Positions 16,237-26,181 of a stretch of DNA of 64,000 nt are shown piece after piece. The notes under the pieces were generated by a model. The model had not been told where the DNA came from. It did not search any database and was given only the letters and a program-made list of their open reading frames with translations. Both the position numbers and the translations under genes were made by a program. This stretch comes from Nitrospina sp. UBA6727. Its GTDB lineage: Bacteria; Nitrospinota; Nitrospinia; Nitrospinales; VA-1. Location of the stretch: positions 15,118 through 79,117 of the forward strand of contig DKID01000015.1 in NCBI GenBank assembly GCA_002454045.1. Direction: 5' to 3'. Positions within the stretch are counted from its first letter, which is position 1; every line of letters begins with the position of its first letter.

Positions 16237-18159
16237 ATGAGAAAAACTCAACCAAGCAAAAAAGTAATGCTAATCAATGCCCAGCATCCTGAAGAATGCA
16301 GGGCGGTTGTTCTGGAAAATAATATCATTCAGGACTACATCGTGGAACATTCCTCTCGAGAACAAATTAAGGGGAATGTTTACTTGGGAGTGATCAACCG
16401 AGTCGAGCCTTCCATCGAAGCGGTTTTTGTCGATTTCGGTGGAAAAAAATATGGGTTTCTACCCTTCAAGGATGTTTTGCGAGAATCGTATATCCACACT
16501 GGAGAAAAAAAGGCGAGGACAAGGATTCAAGATGTGCTAATCCGTGGCCAGCGCATTTTGGTTCAGGTAGTAAAGGAGAGCCGAGATACTAAGGGACCTT
16601 CGCTGACCAATGCGATGAGTTTGGCTGGGAGGTTCCTGGTTTTGATGCAAGGACAAGGAAGCGCGGTTTCGCGAAAAATTGAGGATGAAAGTGAGAGAAA
16701 AAAGCTCAAAGACATCGTCTTGGATTTTGATTTGCCGGAAAACTTGGGGCTGATTATTCGTACCGCCGGCTTGGGACAAACCAAAGTCGAATTGCAGAAA
16801 GATATGCAGATGTTGCTGAAGATTTGGAAAACAATTCAAGACGGGCAGAAAAATGAATCTACAACCGCGCCGTTTTTAATTTATAAAGAGCCGAGCTTAA
16901 CCGTCAGAACGGTTCGCGACCATTTCAGTAGCGATACTTCCCAAATCATCGTGGATAGTCCGGACGCATATAAATCCTTAAAAGATTTTGTAAAGATAAT
17001 CATGCCTCGTAATCGAAATCTGGTTACGCTATACGAGGAAACTAAACCCCTTTTCTCCAAATACCACGTCGAAGAACAGATTGAATCAATATACCAGCGC
17101 AAGATTTTATTGCCTTCCGGAGGTTCTATCGTGATTGATATTGGAGAGGCGATGGTTTCTATTGACGTCAACTCCGGTAAAACTAAAGGAGGATTGGATC
17201 TGGAAGAAACAGCGACGACGACCAATCTGGAGGCGGCAAAAGAAATCGCCCGGCAACTCAGGTTGCGAGACCTGGGCGGGCTGATTGTTATTGATTTTAT
17301 CGACATGTCTCAGAAAAGGAATAAGGCCGCTGTCGAAAAAGAGGTTAAGCAAGCGTGCAAAACTGACAAGGCACGAATCAACATTGCCAGGATTTCGAAA
17401 TTTGGTCTGCTCGAAATGTCGCGGCAACGGATTTTCCCGCCTGTGAATGAGGGAGTTTTTGAACAATGCGAACACTGCGCGGGGTCGGGGCTAGTGCGGT
17501 TGATGGACTCCATAATTCTGAATGTCCTGCGGAAAATTCACGAGATAATTGCGAAGGAAAAAGTAAAGGTGCTTTCCATGGAAGTTTCCCCAGAAGTTTC
17601 TAATTATTTCCTGAACAATAAATTAAATATTCTGGTTGATTTGAAAACGAAACACGCGGTCGACTTTCGATTCCAAATTACACAAGGCCTATCCTACGAA
17701 GATTTTAAATATAAGGTGTCCGAAGTCTGGGAAGGTGAAGGTAGCCAGGAGACGAAGTCTTCTGAAAAGTCCGTGACATCCCCTAAGTCTAAGAGGACGA
17801 CGAAGCTCGCAACTAAAACTGAAGAGGGGAAGGAAGATGCGGAGAAGGAGGAACCCGAAAATGCTAAGTCTAGCCCGAAAAAAAGGTATACTCGCCGAAG
17901 ATTTGTTTCCCGCAGAAGAGCACAGAAAGGAAAACGCCAGACCACCAGTCATGCTTCGCGGGAGGAGGAAGGGCCCCCTGCCGAAACTACATCAGACGTA
18001 AAGAATGAACTTCCTAAGGACAATGACCTTGGCGATATGGGTCCGTTGCCAATGCCTCCAATGCCAATGCCTTTTGTCAGGGAAAATCAGGATTTAAGTG
18101 GAGGGGAGCCGCCCGTATCTAATGAGCCGGTTTCTCCGACCGATGGGACGGGAGACTGA
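16237..18159 (+). CDS. rne: ribonuclease E/G family protein with a disordered Lys/Glu/Pro-rich C-terminal tail
   Basis: S1-like N-terminus (GNVYLGVINRVEPSIEAVFVDFG). Catalytic region IDVNSGK and LGGLIVIDFIDM. Zn-link CEHCAGSG. The low-complexity tail starts at about residue 500. Confidence 0.85.
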   Translation: MRKTQPSKKVMLINAQHPEECRAVVLENNIIQDYIVEHSSREQIKGNVYLGVINRVEPSIEAVFVDFGGKKYGFLPFKDVLRESYIHTGEKKARTRIQDVLIRGQRILVQVVKESRDTKGPSLTNAMSLAGRFLVLMQGQGSAVSRKIEDESERKKLKDIVLDFDLPENLGLIIRTAGLGQTKVELQKDMQMLLKIWKTIQDGQKNESTTAPFLIYKEPSLTVRTVRDHFSSDTSQIIVDSPDAYKSLKDFVKIIMPRNRNLVTLYEETKPLFSKYHVEEQIESIYQRKILLPSGGSIVIDIGEAMVSIDVNSGKTKGGLDLEETATTTNLEAAKEIARQLRLRDLGGLIVIDFIDMSQKRNKAAVEKEVKQACKTDKARINIARISKFGLLEMSRQRIFPPVNEGVFEQCEHCAGSGLVRLMDSIILNVLRKIHEIIAKEKVKVLSMEVSPEVSNYFLNNKLNILVDLKTKHAVDFRFQITQGLSYEDFKYKVSEVWEGEGSQETKSSEKSVTSPKSKRTTKLATKTEEGKEDAEKEEPENAKSSPKKRYTRRRFVSRRRAQKGKRQTTSHASREEEGPPAETTSDVKNELPKDNDLGDMGPLPMPPMPMPFVRENQDLSGGEPPVSNEPVSPTDGTGD

Positions 18160-18164
18160 AACTC

Positions 18165-18896
18165 TCAGGCGGATTTGGCGCAACGAAAACCAGTATCCCA
18201 GAACCGCATTTCCGGAGGCGAAATATTTCTATAGGGTAACATTGCGAACTGCTTCAGAAATCCGTGTTCGCGTTTATGGATAGAGCCGCCACGGGTTACC
18301 TTAAACTTTCTTCCATAATCTTTGTCCCGCAGGATGGAGCCGGGGTACGGTTGGTACCAACTCGACGTCCATTCCGAAACATTTCCGTTCATTCCCCATA
18401 TGTTATAGCCGCTGACATCGCCCTCCAATGTGTTTGCGGGTTGCAGTTGTTTGCCGAAGTTAGCGGTTCCCTTTTCAAAATTGTTACCCCATACAAAAAT
18501 TCTATTGTCACCACCACGGGCAGCCTTCTCCCATTCATGTTCCGTTGGCAAGCGTTTTCCAACCCAGTGACAATAGGCATCGGCTTCATACCAACTAATC
18601 CCGCTGACGGGTAGATGCATCTGCCGAGTAGGATATTGTGCCCGAGGTTTGAACTTCGTGAACTCTTCATAAGTCACTTCAAATTTATCGATGTAGAAGG
18701 CTTTTAAGAAATACTGCTGTTCCGGCTGGGCGTTGAGGGCGGACGTTCTTTCCGACATGAATTGCAGGACAGTACTTTGAGGGTTCAACCCCAGCGTGAA
18801 TTTGCCTTCGGGAATAAGGACCATCTCCGCATGCTTTTTGTCTTCGCAAGAAATAAGAAATATGAAGGTGAGCACAATGGGGGTCAGTCGATTCAA
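18165..18896 (-). CDS. FGE-sulfatase domain lipoprotein
   Basis: TTG start overlaps the upstream stop. Lipobox FLISC. Motifs: WYEADAYC, LPTEHEWEKAARGG, GMNGNVSEW, TRGGS, GFRC. Confidence 0.75.
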   Translation of the reverse strand: MNRLTPIVLTFIFLISCEDKKHAEMVLIPEGKFTLGLNPQSTVLQFMSERTSALNAQPEQQYFLKAFYIDKFEVTYEEFTKFKPRAQYPTRQMHLPVSGISWYEADAYCHWVGKRLPTEHEWEKAARGGDNRIFVWGNNFEKGTANFGKQLQPANTLEGDVSGYNIWGMNGNVSEWTSSWYQPYPGSILRDKDYGRKFKVTRGGSIHKREHGFLKQFAMLPYRNISPPEMRFWDTGFRCAKSA

Positions 18897-19600
18897 TTAT
18901 TTTTGTCGAAGATTGTATTGGCCAAATGAGTATCTGGAAATGTAAATTTTTTGGAACCCGGTTCGGTCAATAGATATTCAATCGTGAAGCAAGCCGCTTC
19001 TTCCCGGGCGCATGTCATAGAACGGCAGTCGTTGGCTTCTTGAGAGCAGTAGTAGTTTAGAATCCGCATCTTCATAAAGATGTCGTTGCTTAGTTTTAGT
19101 ACATAAACATTTTTTTTGGATTCGATATTGTGGGTCCGAGTGCGGTAATTATACCAGCCGGTCAATTCTTTATTGAGCAAGTTGCCCAGCGAGCGGTGGT
19201 CCTGGGCATAGCCAGTTTCCGGGGCGGTTTTAATATTATCGAAGTTAGTTGGGCCTAGATTGATAACTCCAGTTTTTCCCAACGGGTTGGTTTCCCCTCC
19301 ATTGGAGATAATTTTTGTGCGACTAAAAGCAAGATCCCACGAAACTTGGCTTAACCTATTCGTCTCTGCTTCAGAAATTTTCTGAGTCTTCCTTGTGGAA
19401 AATTCGACCAACGTCCAAGAATTTTTCCCCCGAGCGTTAACTTTGATGATGGGATTTTTGGTACTGATTTTCTTAATCTTTTTCGGAGGCAACGGAACGG
19501 CTTCAAAATCCCCGATATTATCCTCCATATAGTTCAAGGTAGTGTGAAACAAAAGGGTGGCACCAAGAAGCATGAAAAATATACGCGGCGTCGGCTTCAT
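18893..19600 (-). CDS. secreted hypothetical protein, possibly HmuY-like
   Basis: Signal peptide present. WDLAFSRTKIISNGG, GWYNY and VYVLKL..MKMRILNYY resemble, from memory, the HmuY family pattern. Confidence 0.4.
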   Translation of the reverse strand: MKPTPRIFFMLLGATLLFHTTLNYMEDNIGDFEAVPLPPKKIKKISTKNPIIKVNARGKNSWTLVEFSTRKTQKISEAETNRLSQVSWDLAFSRTKIISNGGETNPLGKTGVINLGPTNFDNIKTAPETGYAQDHRSLGNLLNKELTGWYNYRTRTHNIESKKNVYVLKLSNDIFMKMRILNYYCSQEANDCRSMTCAREEAACFTIEYLLTEPGSKKFTFPDTHLANTIFDKNN

Positions 19601-19696
19601 AAGTCTATTTTAACATAGCCACTTCATGGCTTCCCCAGCAAAATCTAAAGACTGAGAAAATATTCCGCCATCATTTTTTCTGCTATATTCTGGACA

Positions 19697-19920
19697 TGAT
19701 CCAGTTATTTAATGTTATCCAAAACTATAGTAGCGGCACACCAGCGCTGAATGATGTTTCGCTCAAAGTTGAGCAGAATCAGTGGTTCAGACTGGGGATG
19801 TTATTGGCGTAAGCGGAAATACAGGATCGCCAATCGGTGGTGCACTTTATTTTGAAATGCGTAAAAATGGCGAGTCCGTTGAGCCGGTCCGATGGTTCAA
19901 GACGGCTAGCAAAAAATAGA
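19697..19920 (+). pseudogene. fused remnant: about 28 codons of an FtsE-like ABC ATPase N-terminus joined out of frame to about 45 codons of an EnvC-like (degenerate LytM/M23) C-terminus
   Basis: 19697-19780 translates to MIQLFNVIQNYSSGTPALNDVSLKVEQN. A second frame, 19783-19920, gives VVQTGDVIGVSGNTGSPIGGALYFEMRKNGESVEPVRWFKTASKK*. Neither part is a complete gene. Confidence 0.55.
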
Positions 19921-20019
19921 CGTGTTGCGAATTGCTTCTGGTAGAATGATGTCGACAGTGTAGGTTTTTTTATTCCCACATGATTCCGCCGTCTGTATTC
20001 GCATTCGGGAGATTACGAT

Positions 20020-21432
20020 TTGAATTTTTCATTGGTAAGCAAAACAATTAGAACCGGACTTGCTCGGCTAGCAGTTGTCACAGCATTGTTGGGATTGCCT
20101 GCTCAATTTCTCCAGGCAGAGGAAGACGCGCCCAAGCCAGATACATACAACAAACTAAAAGTATTCTCTGAAGTACTTTCCCTGATTGAATCTAATTATG
20201 TGGAATCGGTTGGAAGTGACACCATTGTTGATGGAGCCATACGGGGAATGGCTAAAGCTCTTGACCCTCACACATCCTATTTGCCCCCCGATTCGTATAA
20301 AGAAATGCAGGTGGAGACAACTGGAAAATTTGGCGGATTGGGAATCGAAATTGGTATTCGCGACGGTGTTCTTACCGTTATTTCACCGATTGAAGAAACG
20401 CCGGCTTTTAAAGTTGGAATTGAAGCGGGCGATAAAATTATCAAAATTGAAGATGAATCGACCCTTGACATGACAATTCAGGACGCGGTCTCCCGGCTCA
20501 GAGGAGAGACCGGTTCCCCCGTCACCATCACCATTTTCAGGGATTCTTTTAAAGTTCCGAAAGAATTCACTATCGTCCGCGCCATCATTGAAGTTCGTAG
20601 CGTCAGGCATGAACTTTATAAAAAAGACATCGGTTATATTAAAATTCGCAGCTTCTCAAAAAATACCAGCGCGGATCTGGATAAAGCCCTGGCCGAACTT
20701 GAGAAAAAGGAAATATCAAAATTGATCCTGGACCTCAGAAATAATCCTGGTGGATTGTTGAGCCAAGCTGTCGAGGTGACGGATCGATTTTTGAATCAGG
20801 AAAATCTCATCGTCTATACAAAGGGACGTTTGGACAAACAGAATATGCGATTTACTAGCGACGACAAAGTGGCGGGTGTTTCTTATCCGTTGATTGTTTT
20901 GGTCAATGGCGGGAGTGCCAGTGCGTCGGAAATTGTTGCGGGTGCTTTGCAGGATTTGAACCGGGCTATTATTTTAGGTACACCAACTTTCGGGAAAGGG
21001 TCGGTTCAAACAATTATACCGCTTAGCGATGGATCTGCATTACGCTTAACAACTGCGCGTTACTACACCCCCAGTGGTCGAGTGATCCAAGGAAATGGAA
21101 TTGTGCCCGACATCGTCATTGAGAGAAAAGTTTCCGAAGGATTAAAGGAAGCCGATGAAAAAGAAAAGGAGCCGGAAGAAAAAACGCGGCTCAGAAGATT
21201 TTTGCGCGAAAAGGATTTGAAAAAACATTTGCAAGGGAAAAGTAGCATCGGTGATGTAAAAGAGAAAAGCGCGGAAGAAACGGAAGAAACTTCTATCCAC
21301 GAAGACCTGCTGAAAGACAATCAACTTCAACATGCCGTTTCGTTACTATCGGGTTGGGAAGTCATGCGAAAAGTGTTTAAGAATTTACAGGTGCCTCTTC
21401 CAACTACTGATAGCCGTATCAGCATGCACTGA
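20020..21432 (+). CDS. ctpA: S41A carboxy-terminal processing peptidase with PDZ domain
   Basis: TTG start after GGGAG, with a signal peptide. PDZ region (GIEIG..GDKIIKIED). S41 motifs NGGSASASEI and TFGKGSVQ. Confidence 0.9.
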   Translation: MNFSLVSKTIRTGLARLAVVTALLGLPAQFLQAEEDAPKPDTYNKLKVFSEVLSLIESNYVESVGSDTIVDGAIRGMAKALDPHTSYLPPDSYKEMQVETTGKFGGLGIEIGIRDGVLTVISPIEETPAFKVGIEAGDKIIKIEDESTLDMTIQDAVSRLRGETGSPVTITIFRDSFKVPKEFTIVRAIIEVRSVRHELYKKDIGYIKIRSFSKNTSADLDKALAELEKKEISKLILDLRNNPGGLLSQAVEVTDRFLNQENLIVYTKGRLDKQNMRFTSDDKVAGVSYPLIVLVNGGSASASEIVAGALQDLNRAIILGTPTFGKGSVQTIIPLSDGSALRLTTARYYTPSGRVIQGNGIVPDIVIERKVSEGLKEADEKEKEPEEKTRLRRFLREKDLKKHLQGKSSIGDVKEKSAEETEETSIHEDLLKDNQLQHAVSLLSGWEVMRKVFKNLQVPLPTTDSRISMH

Positions 21433-21511
21433 CGCCGCTTCGCCAAGTATCGGCAAATACATTTCGCCACGCTACCGTGGAAAATAATTTATAGATATTC
21501 ATCCCGCACCC

Positions 21512-22525
21512 ATGCTAGTCCTCGGCATAGAAACATCCTGCGATGAGACCGCCGCCGCAGTTTTGAAAGACGGCGACACACTTTTGTCTAACGTGATCAA
21601 CGACCAGTTCGGTATCCATTCAAAATATGGAGGGATCGTTCCCGAGTTGGCAGGTCGGTCTCATGTTGACCGAGTGCATCGGGTTATTGATGATGCCGTG
21701 AACAAGGCGGGCGTACAACTGAGAGACATAGACCTCATCGCGGTCACGATGGGACCTGGGTTGGTCGGCTCCTTGCTGGTTGGTCTGAACACTGCCAAAG
21801 GTCTTTCGTATGGACTCAACACACCGATGGTCGGCGTGAATCATTTGGAGGGCCATCTTCTCGCCATCTTTCTGCAAAAAAAAATACAATTCCCTTTCAT
21901 CGCCCTGATTGTTTCCGGTGGTCATACCGACTTGTACCGAGCATCTGATTTCGGGCAGTATAAATTACTGGGGCGAACCCGTGACGACGCGGCGGGAGAG
22001 TCTTTTGATAAAGTCGGAAAAATGCTTGGGATTCCCTATCCGGGAGGGCCAGCCATCGAAAGATTGGCGCGAAAAGGAAACGGGAAAACTCATAAGTTTC
22101 CACGAGCGTATTTGGAAAAAGGTTCTTTGGATTTTAGCTTCAGCGGATTAAAAACATCGGTGCGAACTTTTTTGAATCGAAGAGGTCGGGACGACCGTGT
22201 GGTCTCGACGGACGAAGATATTTCCGCCGGATTTCAAGATGCGGTCATCGATGTTCTCGTCGACAAACTAATCGGCGCTTGTGAGAAAGAAAAAATATCG
22301 CGGGTCGTTGTAACGGGCGGAGTCGCCGCAAACGGTGCCTTGCGGGAGGCCGTACGAAACGCGGCTCAATCTCATGGGCTTGAGGCTTCCTTCCCAGAAA
22401 AAATTTTTTGTACCGATAACGCCGCCATGATTGCCTGTGCTGGCCATCACAAATTTATTCGGAACAAAAATTTATCGGCGGATAGTAGGACCTTAGATGC
22501 TAAAGCGAATCTCCCATTAGAATAA
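21512..22525 (+). CDS. tsaD: tRNA N6-adenosine threonylcarbamoyltransferase
   Basis: 337 aa. Motifs: LGIETSCDETAAAV, VNHLEGH, SGGHT, GGVAAN. Confidence 0.95.
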   Translation: MLVLGIETSCDETAAAVLKDGDTLLSNVINDQFGIHSKYGGIVPELAGRSHVDRVHRVIDDAVNKAGVQLRDIDLIAVTMGPGLVGSLLVGLNTAKGLSYGLNTPMVGVNHLEGHLLAIFLQKKIQFPFIALIVSGGHTDLYRASDFGQYKLLGRTRDDAAGESFDKVGKMLGIPYPGGPAIERLARKGNGKTHKFPRAYLEKGSLDFSFSGLKTSVRTFLNRRGRDDRVVSTDEDISAGFQDAVIDVLVDKLIGACEKEKISRVVVTGGVAANGALREAVRNAAQSHGLEASFPEKIFCTDNAAMIACAGHHKFIRNKNLSADSRTLDAKANLPLE

Positions 22526-22560
22526 GATGAGCGCGCCGCAAGGTTGCAGAGGAATGTGGA

Positions 22561-23556
22561 ATGCGGGCTTTGGTTACAGGCGGTGGCGGATTTCTTGGAA
22601 GCGGAATTGCCAAAGCTCTCCACGAAAAGCAGCACGACGTTACCGTTGTCGGCCGGCGTCGTTATTCCCATCTTCCAAAAGAGATTAAATTATTTCAGGG
22701 AGACGTCCGCGATTTTGATTTCCTTTGCAAGACAATGGCGGGAATGGACGCGGTTTTTCACGCCGCGGCTTTTATAAAAATTTGGGGACGGTCGGAAGAT
22801 TTTTACAGCATCAATGTTGATGGAACTCGCAACGTCATTAAAGCCTGCCTGATTAACAAAGTTCCAAAACTAATATTCACCAGCTCACCAAGTGTTGTTT
22901 TCGGAAGTTCAAGTCTCGAAGGCGTCGACGAAACGGTTCCTTATCCGAAAAATTATTTAAGCGAATATCCTCGCACTAAAGCGATTGCGGAAAGACTCGT
23001 GATAGAAGCCAATGGTCGGGGTTTCGCCACGGTGTCTATTCGACCGCATTTAATCTGGGGCCCCGGCGATCCGCATTTGATCCCCAGGCTTTTGGAAAAA
23101 GCGGAGCAAGGACGATTGGTGCAGGTGGGGCGGGGAGAAAACAAGGTCGATATTATTTATATCGACAACGCCGTGCACGCTCATCTTAAAGCGTGCGATG
23201 CGCTGGGGTTTGGTAAGCGTCCCGCCGGTAAAGTTTATTTCGTCAGCGATGGTGACCCGGTGAATCTTTGGCAATGGATTAACGAAGTGTTGAAAAAAAT
23301 AAACCGACCGCCTGTCGCGCGCAGTATTTCTTATCGAACCGCATTCAGGTGGGGACACTTTCTGGAAAAAATATACAGTCTTGGAAATATCAAAAAAGAA
23401 CCACCGATGACTCGATTCTTAGCCGCGCAATTAGCAACTTCGCATTATTTTACTATCTCGCGGGCGAAAAAAGATTTCGGGTATGAGCCCGTCGTAAATC
23501 CTGAAAAGGGAATGGACGAACTCATTCAGTCCCTGGCGAATCACCGAGAATGTTGA
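22561..23556 (+). CDS. NAD-dependent epimerase/dehydratase (3-beta-hydroxysteroid dehydrogenase-like SDR)
   Basis: VTGGGGFLGSGI Rossmann motif and the YPRTK catalytic YxxxK. 331 aa. GAGGAA lies upstream of the ATG. Confidence 0.8.
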   Translation: MRALVTGGGGFLGSGIAKALHEKQHDVTVVGRRRYSHLPKEIKLFQGDVRDFDFLCKTMAGMDAVFHAAAFIKIWGRSEDFYSINVDGTRNVIKACLINKVPKLIFTSSPSVVFGSSSLEGVDETVPYPKNYLSEYPRTKAIAERLVIEANGRGFATVSIRPHLIWGPGDPHLIPRLLEKAEQGRLVQVGRGENKVDIIYIDNAVHAHLKACDALGFGKRPAGKVYFVSDGDPVNLWQWINEVLKKINRPPVARSISYRTAFRWGHFLEKIYSLGNIKKEPPMTRFLAAQLATSHYFTISRAKKDFGYEPVVNPEKGMDELIQSLANHREC

Positions 23557-24292
23557 TCCGATGCGCCATGCTTCCCGCTCCAAATCCATTGTCAATATTG
23601 ACCACCGCCATCCCCGGCGCGCAACTGTTTAGCATGGTGAGAAGGGCGGAAACACCTCCGAAAGACGTGCCGTAACCGATGCTGGTTGGCACGGCCACGA
23701 TGGGCTTGTCCACCATGCCCCCGACCACGCTGGCGAGAGCTCCTTCCATTCCTGCCACGACAATGACTACTCGCGCTTTGCGCACTTGTTCAAGATTATC
23801 GAGTAGGCGATGAATGCCGGCCACCCCGACATCGAAAATGGTTTCAACTTTGCTCCCCAGCAGTTGCGCGGTGACGGCGGCTTCTTCGGCGACGGGGATA
23901 TCTGCGGTGCCTGCGCTGATGATGATTATCAAGCCGCTCTTTTTCTGTCGTTTATTTTTTTCAATGACCAAGGTCTGCGCTGTTTCATTGTATTCAGAAA
24001 TTTTCGGCAGAGAGGATTTTAATTTACGAAAGTTATCTTTAGATAACTTAGTTGCCAGAACGGAAAGTCCCACACGGTTCATGCTCTGAATAATCTTTTT
24101 TATCTGGGCTACCGTTTTCCCTTGACAATAAACGACTTCAGGCATGCCGACTCGAAGGCCGCGATGATGGTCAACTTTGGCAAACTCGAGATTTTCATAA
24201 GGCAGGGTCTGGAGTTTTTTCATCGCCTGCTGCGGAGTAATTTTTTGGCGGTGTAAGTCCTTTAATATTTTTTCTAAACTACGCGGATTCAT
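23522..24292 (-). CDS. larB: nickel-pincer cofactor biosynthesis protein LarB (PurE-like carboxylase/hydrolase)
   Basis: The ATG at 24292 overlaps the gpsA stop (ATGA), giving 256 aa. The PurE-like core reads ISAGTADIPVAEEA..VAGMEGALASVVGG..VPTSIGYG. Confidence 0.8.
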   Translation of the reverse strand: MNPRSLEKILKDLHRQKITPQQAMKKLQTLPYENLEFAKVDHHRGLRVGMPEVVYCQGKTVAQIKKIIQSMNRVGLSVLATKLSKDNFRKLKSSLPKISEYNETAQTLVIEKNKRQKKSGLIIIISAGTADIPVAEEAAVTAQLLGSKVETIFDVGVAGIHRLLDNLEQVRKARVVIVVAGMEGALASVVGGMVDKPIVAVPTSIGYGTSFGGVSALLTMLNSCAPGMAVVNIDNGFGAGSMAHRINILGDSPGTE

Positions 24293-25308
24293 TGCAAGTT
24301 TTTGATACCTGCAAACTCGGTGGATATTTCCATTTTCATCAGGTCGTCCAATGCTTGACATGGTGATTTGTTTTCGTGAAGGATGCGGTAGGTTTCTTCA
24401 ATGATAGCCGCTTCAATATTAAATTTCTTTATCAGGGAATAAGCCGCTTTCGCTGTCAATACACCTTCAGCTACCGTCATCGTATTTTTAGTAATTTCTT
24501 TTAAGGATTTCCCTTGACCAAGTTGGATTCCCAATTGCCGATTCCGACTTAAATCGCTGGTGCAGGTGAGCACGAGGTCGCCCAAGCCGGTAAGGCCGTA
24601 GAAGGTTTCCAAGCGGGCTCCAAGTTTTGTTCCAAGCCGACTGATTTCGACCAATCCGCGGGTAATCAGTGCAGCGCGGGTGTTAAATCCCAAGCCTAGC
24701 CCGTCACTAATTCCCGTGGCGATGGCGATAATATTTTTTAAGGCGCCGCCGATTTCGACCCCGACCAAATCGGTGCTGGTAAAAACTTTCATTTTATCTG
24801 TAGCAAAAATCTCTTGAACTTGTTTCGCCGCCGTAAGAGTTTCCGCAGAAGCCACCAACGCGGAAGGAACTTTTGCCGCGACTTCTTTGGCAAAGGTCGG
24901 ACCGGAAATGGTTGATATGGAATTGTCGGTGTTCAAAACATCCCGAATGATTTGATGGGTGGTGAAAAGAGTATCGCTCTCAATTCCTTTGCTGGCACAA
25001 ATCAATAAATAATTTTTTTCCAAAAATGGTTTGATTTTGGATAGCGTCTGTCTAATCACGTGGGTAGGGACTACGAGCAAGATTAAGGATTGCTCCAGGG
25101 TAGCTGCTTGTAATGAAGAAGTGGGCTGGATGTTTGCGGGCAAACGGTGTCCGGGCAAGAACCATTTATTTTCCCGGGTGCGGGTCAGAGTGTCGCACAA
25201 CTCCTGTTCATACACCCAAAGGGATACTCGGCTGAATTTGTCAGCCAAATGAATTGCCAATGCGGTTCCCCAACTCCCGGCACCAATGATCGAAATTTTT
25301 TCGCGCAT
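24289..25308 (-). CDS. gpsA: NAD(P)H-dependent glycerol-3-phosphate dehydrogenase
   Basis: 339 aa. Motifs: IIGAGSWGTALA, GALKNIIAIATG, LTGLGDLVLTC. Confidence 0.95.
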   Translation of the reverse strand: MREKISIIGAGSWGTALAIHLADKFSRVSLWVYEQELCDTLTRTRENKWFLPGHRLPANIQPTSSLQAATLEQSLILLVVPTHVIRQTLSKIKPFLEKNYLLICASKGIESDTLFTTHQIIRDVLNTDNSISTISGPTFAKEVAAKVPSALVASAETLTAAKQVQEIFATDKMKVFTSTDLVGVEIGGALKNIIAIATGISDGLGLGFNTRAALITRGLVEISRLGTKLGARLETFYGLTGLGDLVLTCTSDLSRNRQLGIQLGQGKSLKEITKNTMTVAEGVLTAKAAYSLIKKFNIEAAIIEETYRILHENKSPCQALDDLMKMEISTEFAGIKNLQ

Positions 25309-25487
25309 GTGAAAATTTTTGTGAGACGGTTCCTTTATTATAGCGAATTCATGGATGCGTTGCTTATGATTGTCGGAGAAATAGAACTTGTTTGGGGTTT
25401 GTCTTTATGATTAAATGAATTGCCAACCTGATAACACAAACTCGTTAAAACTTTTGAAAAATTCGTCCGTCCTGTAATTTTTCCCCC

Positions 25488-26162
25488 ATGGCCAAACGTA
25501 TTAAAGTCAGCCGAAAAGATTTGTTAAAAGAACCCGACCAGTTTTTATCCGCGTCTGAGAGAGCGATGCTTTACTATGCGGATAATCGGAATACGGTTAT
25601 TGGCGTCGTCGCCACCATCCTCATCGCTGTTTCTTCTTTTTTTGGTTTCAAATATTATCAAGAAACCCGAGCGTTAGGAAATGAAGCGTTTTATTTTGAG
25701 ATGGAAAAGATAGCCGAAAATCTAAAAGACAGCGCCTCGGTTGCTGAAGCAAGATTGGTCTGGGAAAAAATAGGCAAAGGTTTTCAGAAAGAACGGGCTT
25801 CGTTGTTGTTGGCCGATATCCATTTTCAAAATCAAGAGTTTAATGAGGCTGAAGCGCTTTATTCAACGGTGATCAATAATTCGTCTCCCGAACAAAACAA
25901 TTATCAAATGGCGCAGATTGGACTGGTATACATCTACGAGTCTAAAAAAAATTATGAAAAAGCCATTGAGTTACTCAAGTCGGTAATTGACGCGGACACC
26001 ACTTTCCCCTTATTTGAAGTGTATTGGAATCTTTCAAGATGTTACGAGTTGAATAACGATGATCCCAACGCGTTACTGATTTTGCGGGAGATGCAGATTA
26101 AATTCAAAGAGCATCCGCAAGCAAATAAAATAGAGCGCCGCATCAATCGGCTTTCTGCCTGA
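25488..26162 (+). CDS. membrane-anchored tetratricopeptide-repeat protein (YfgM-like topology)
   Basis: 224 aa. One TM helix (VIGVVATILIAVSSFFGF) followed by TPR-like helical repeats. Confidence 0.55.
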   Translation: MAKRIKVSRKDLLKEPDQFLSASERAMLYYADNRNTVIGVVATILIAVSSFFGFKYYQETRALGNEAFYFEMEKIAENLKDSASVAEARLVWEKIGKGFQKERASLLLADIHFQNQEFNEAEALYSTVINNSSPEQNNYQMAQIGLVYIYESKKNYEKAIELLKSVIDADTTFPLFEVYWNLSRCYELNNDDPNALLILREMQIKFKEHPQANKIERRINRLSA

Positions 26163-26181
26163 TAACGGAGCGGTTAATTTT

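Noticed and set aside
12477-19600. Diversity-generating retroelement hypothesis. FGE-sulfatase and DUF1566 domains are classic DGR target folds, and four such genes occur in this window.
   Set aside because: No reverse transcriptase gene is present in the window. No template/variable repeat pair was found: the C-terminal regions of the four genes have no near-identical non-coding copy nearby. There are also no Asn/AAC-rich variable regions.
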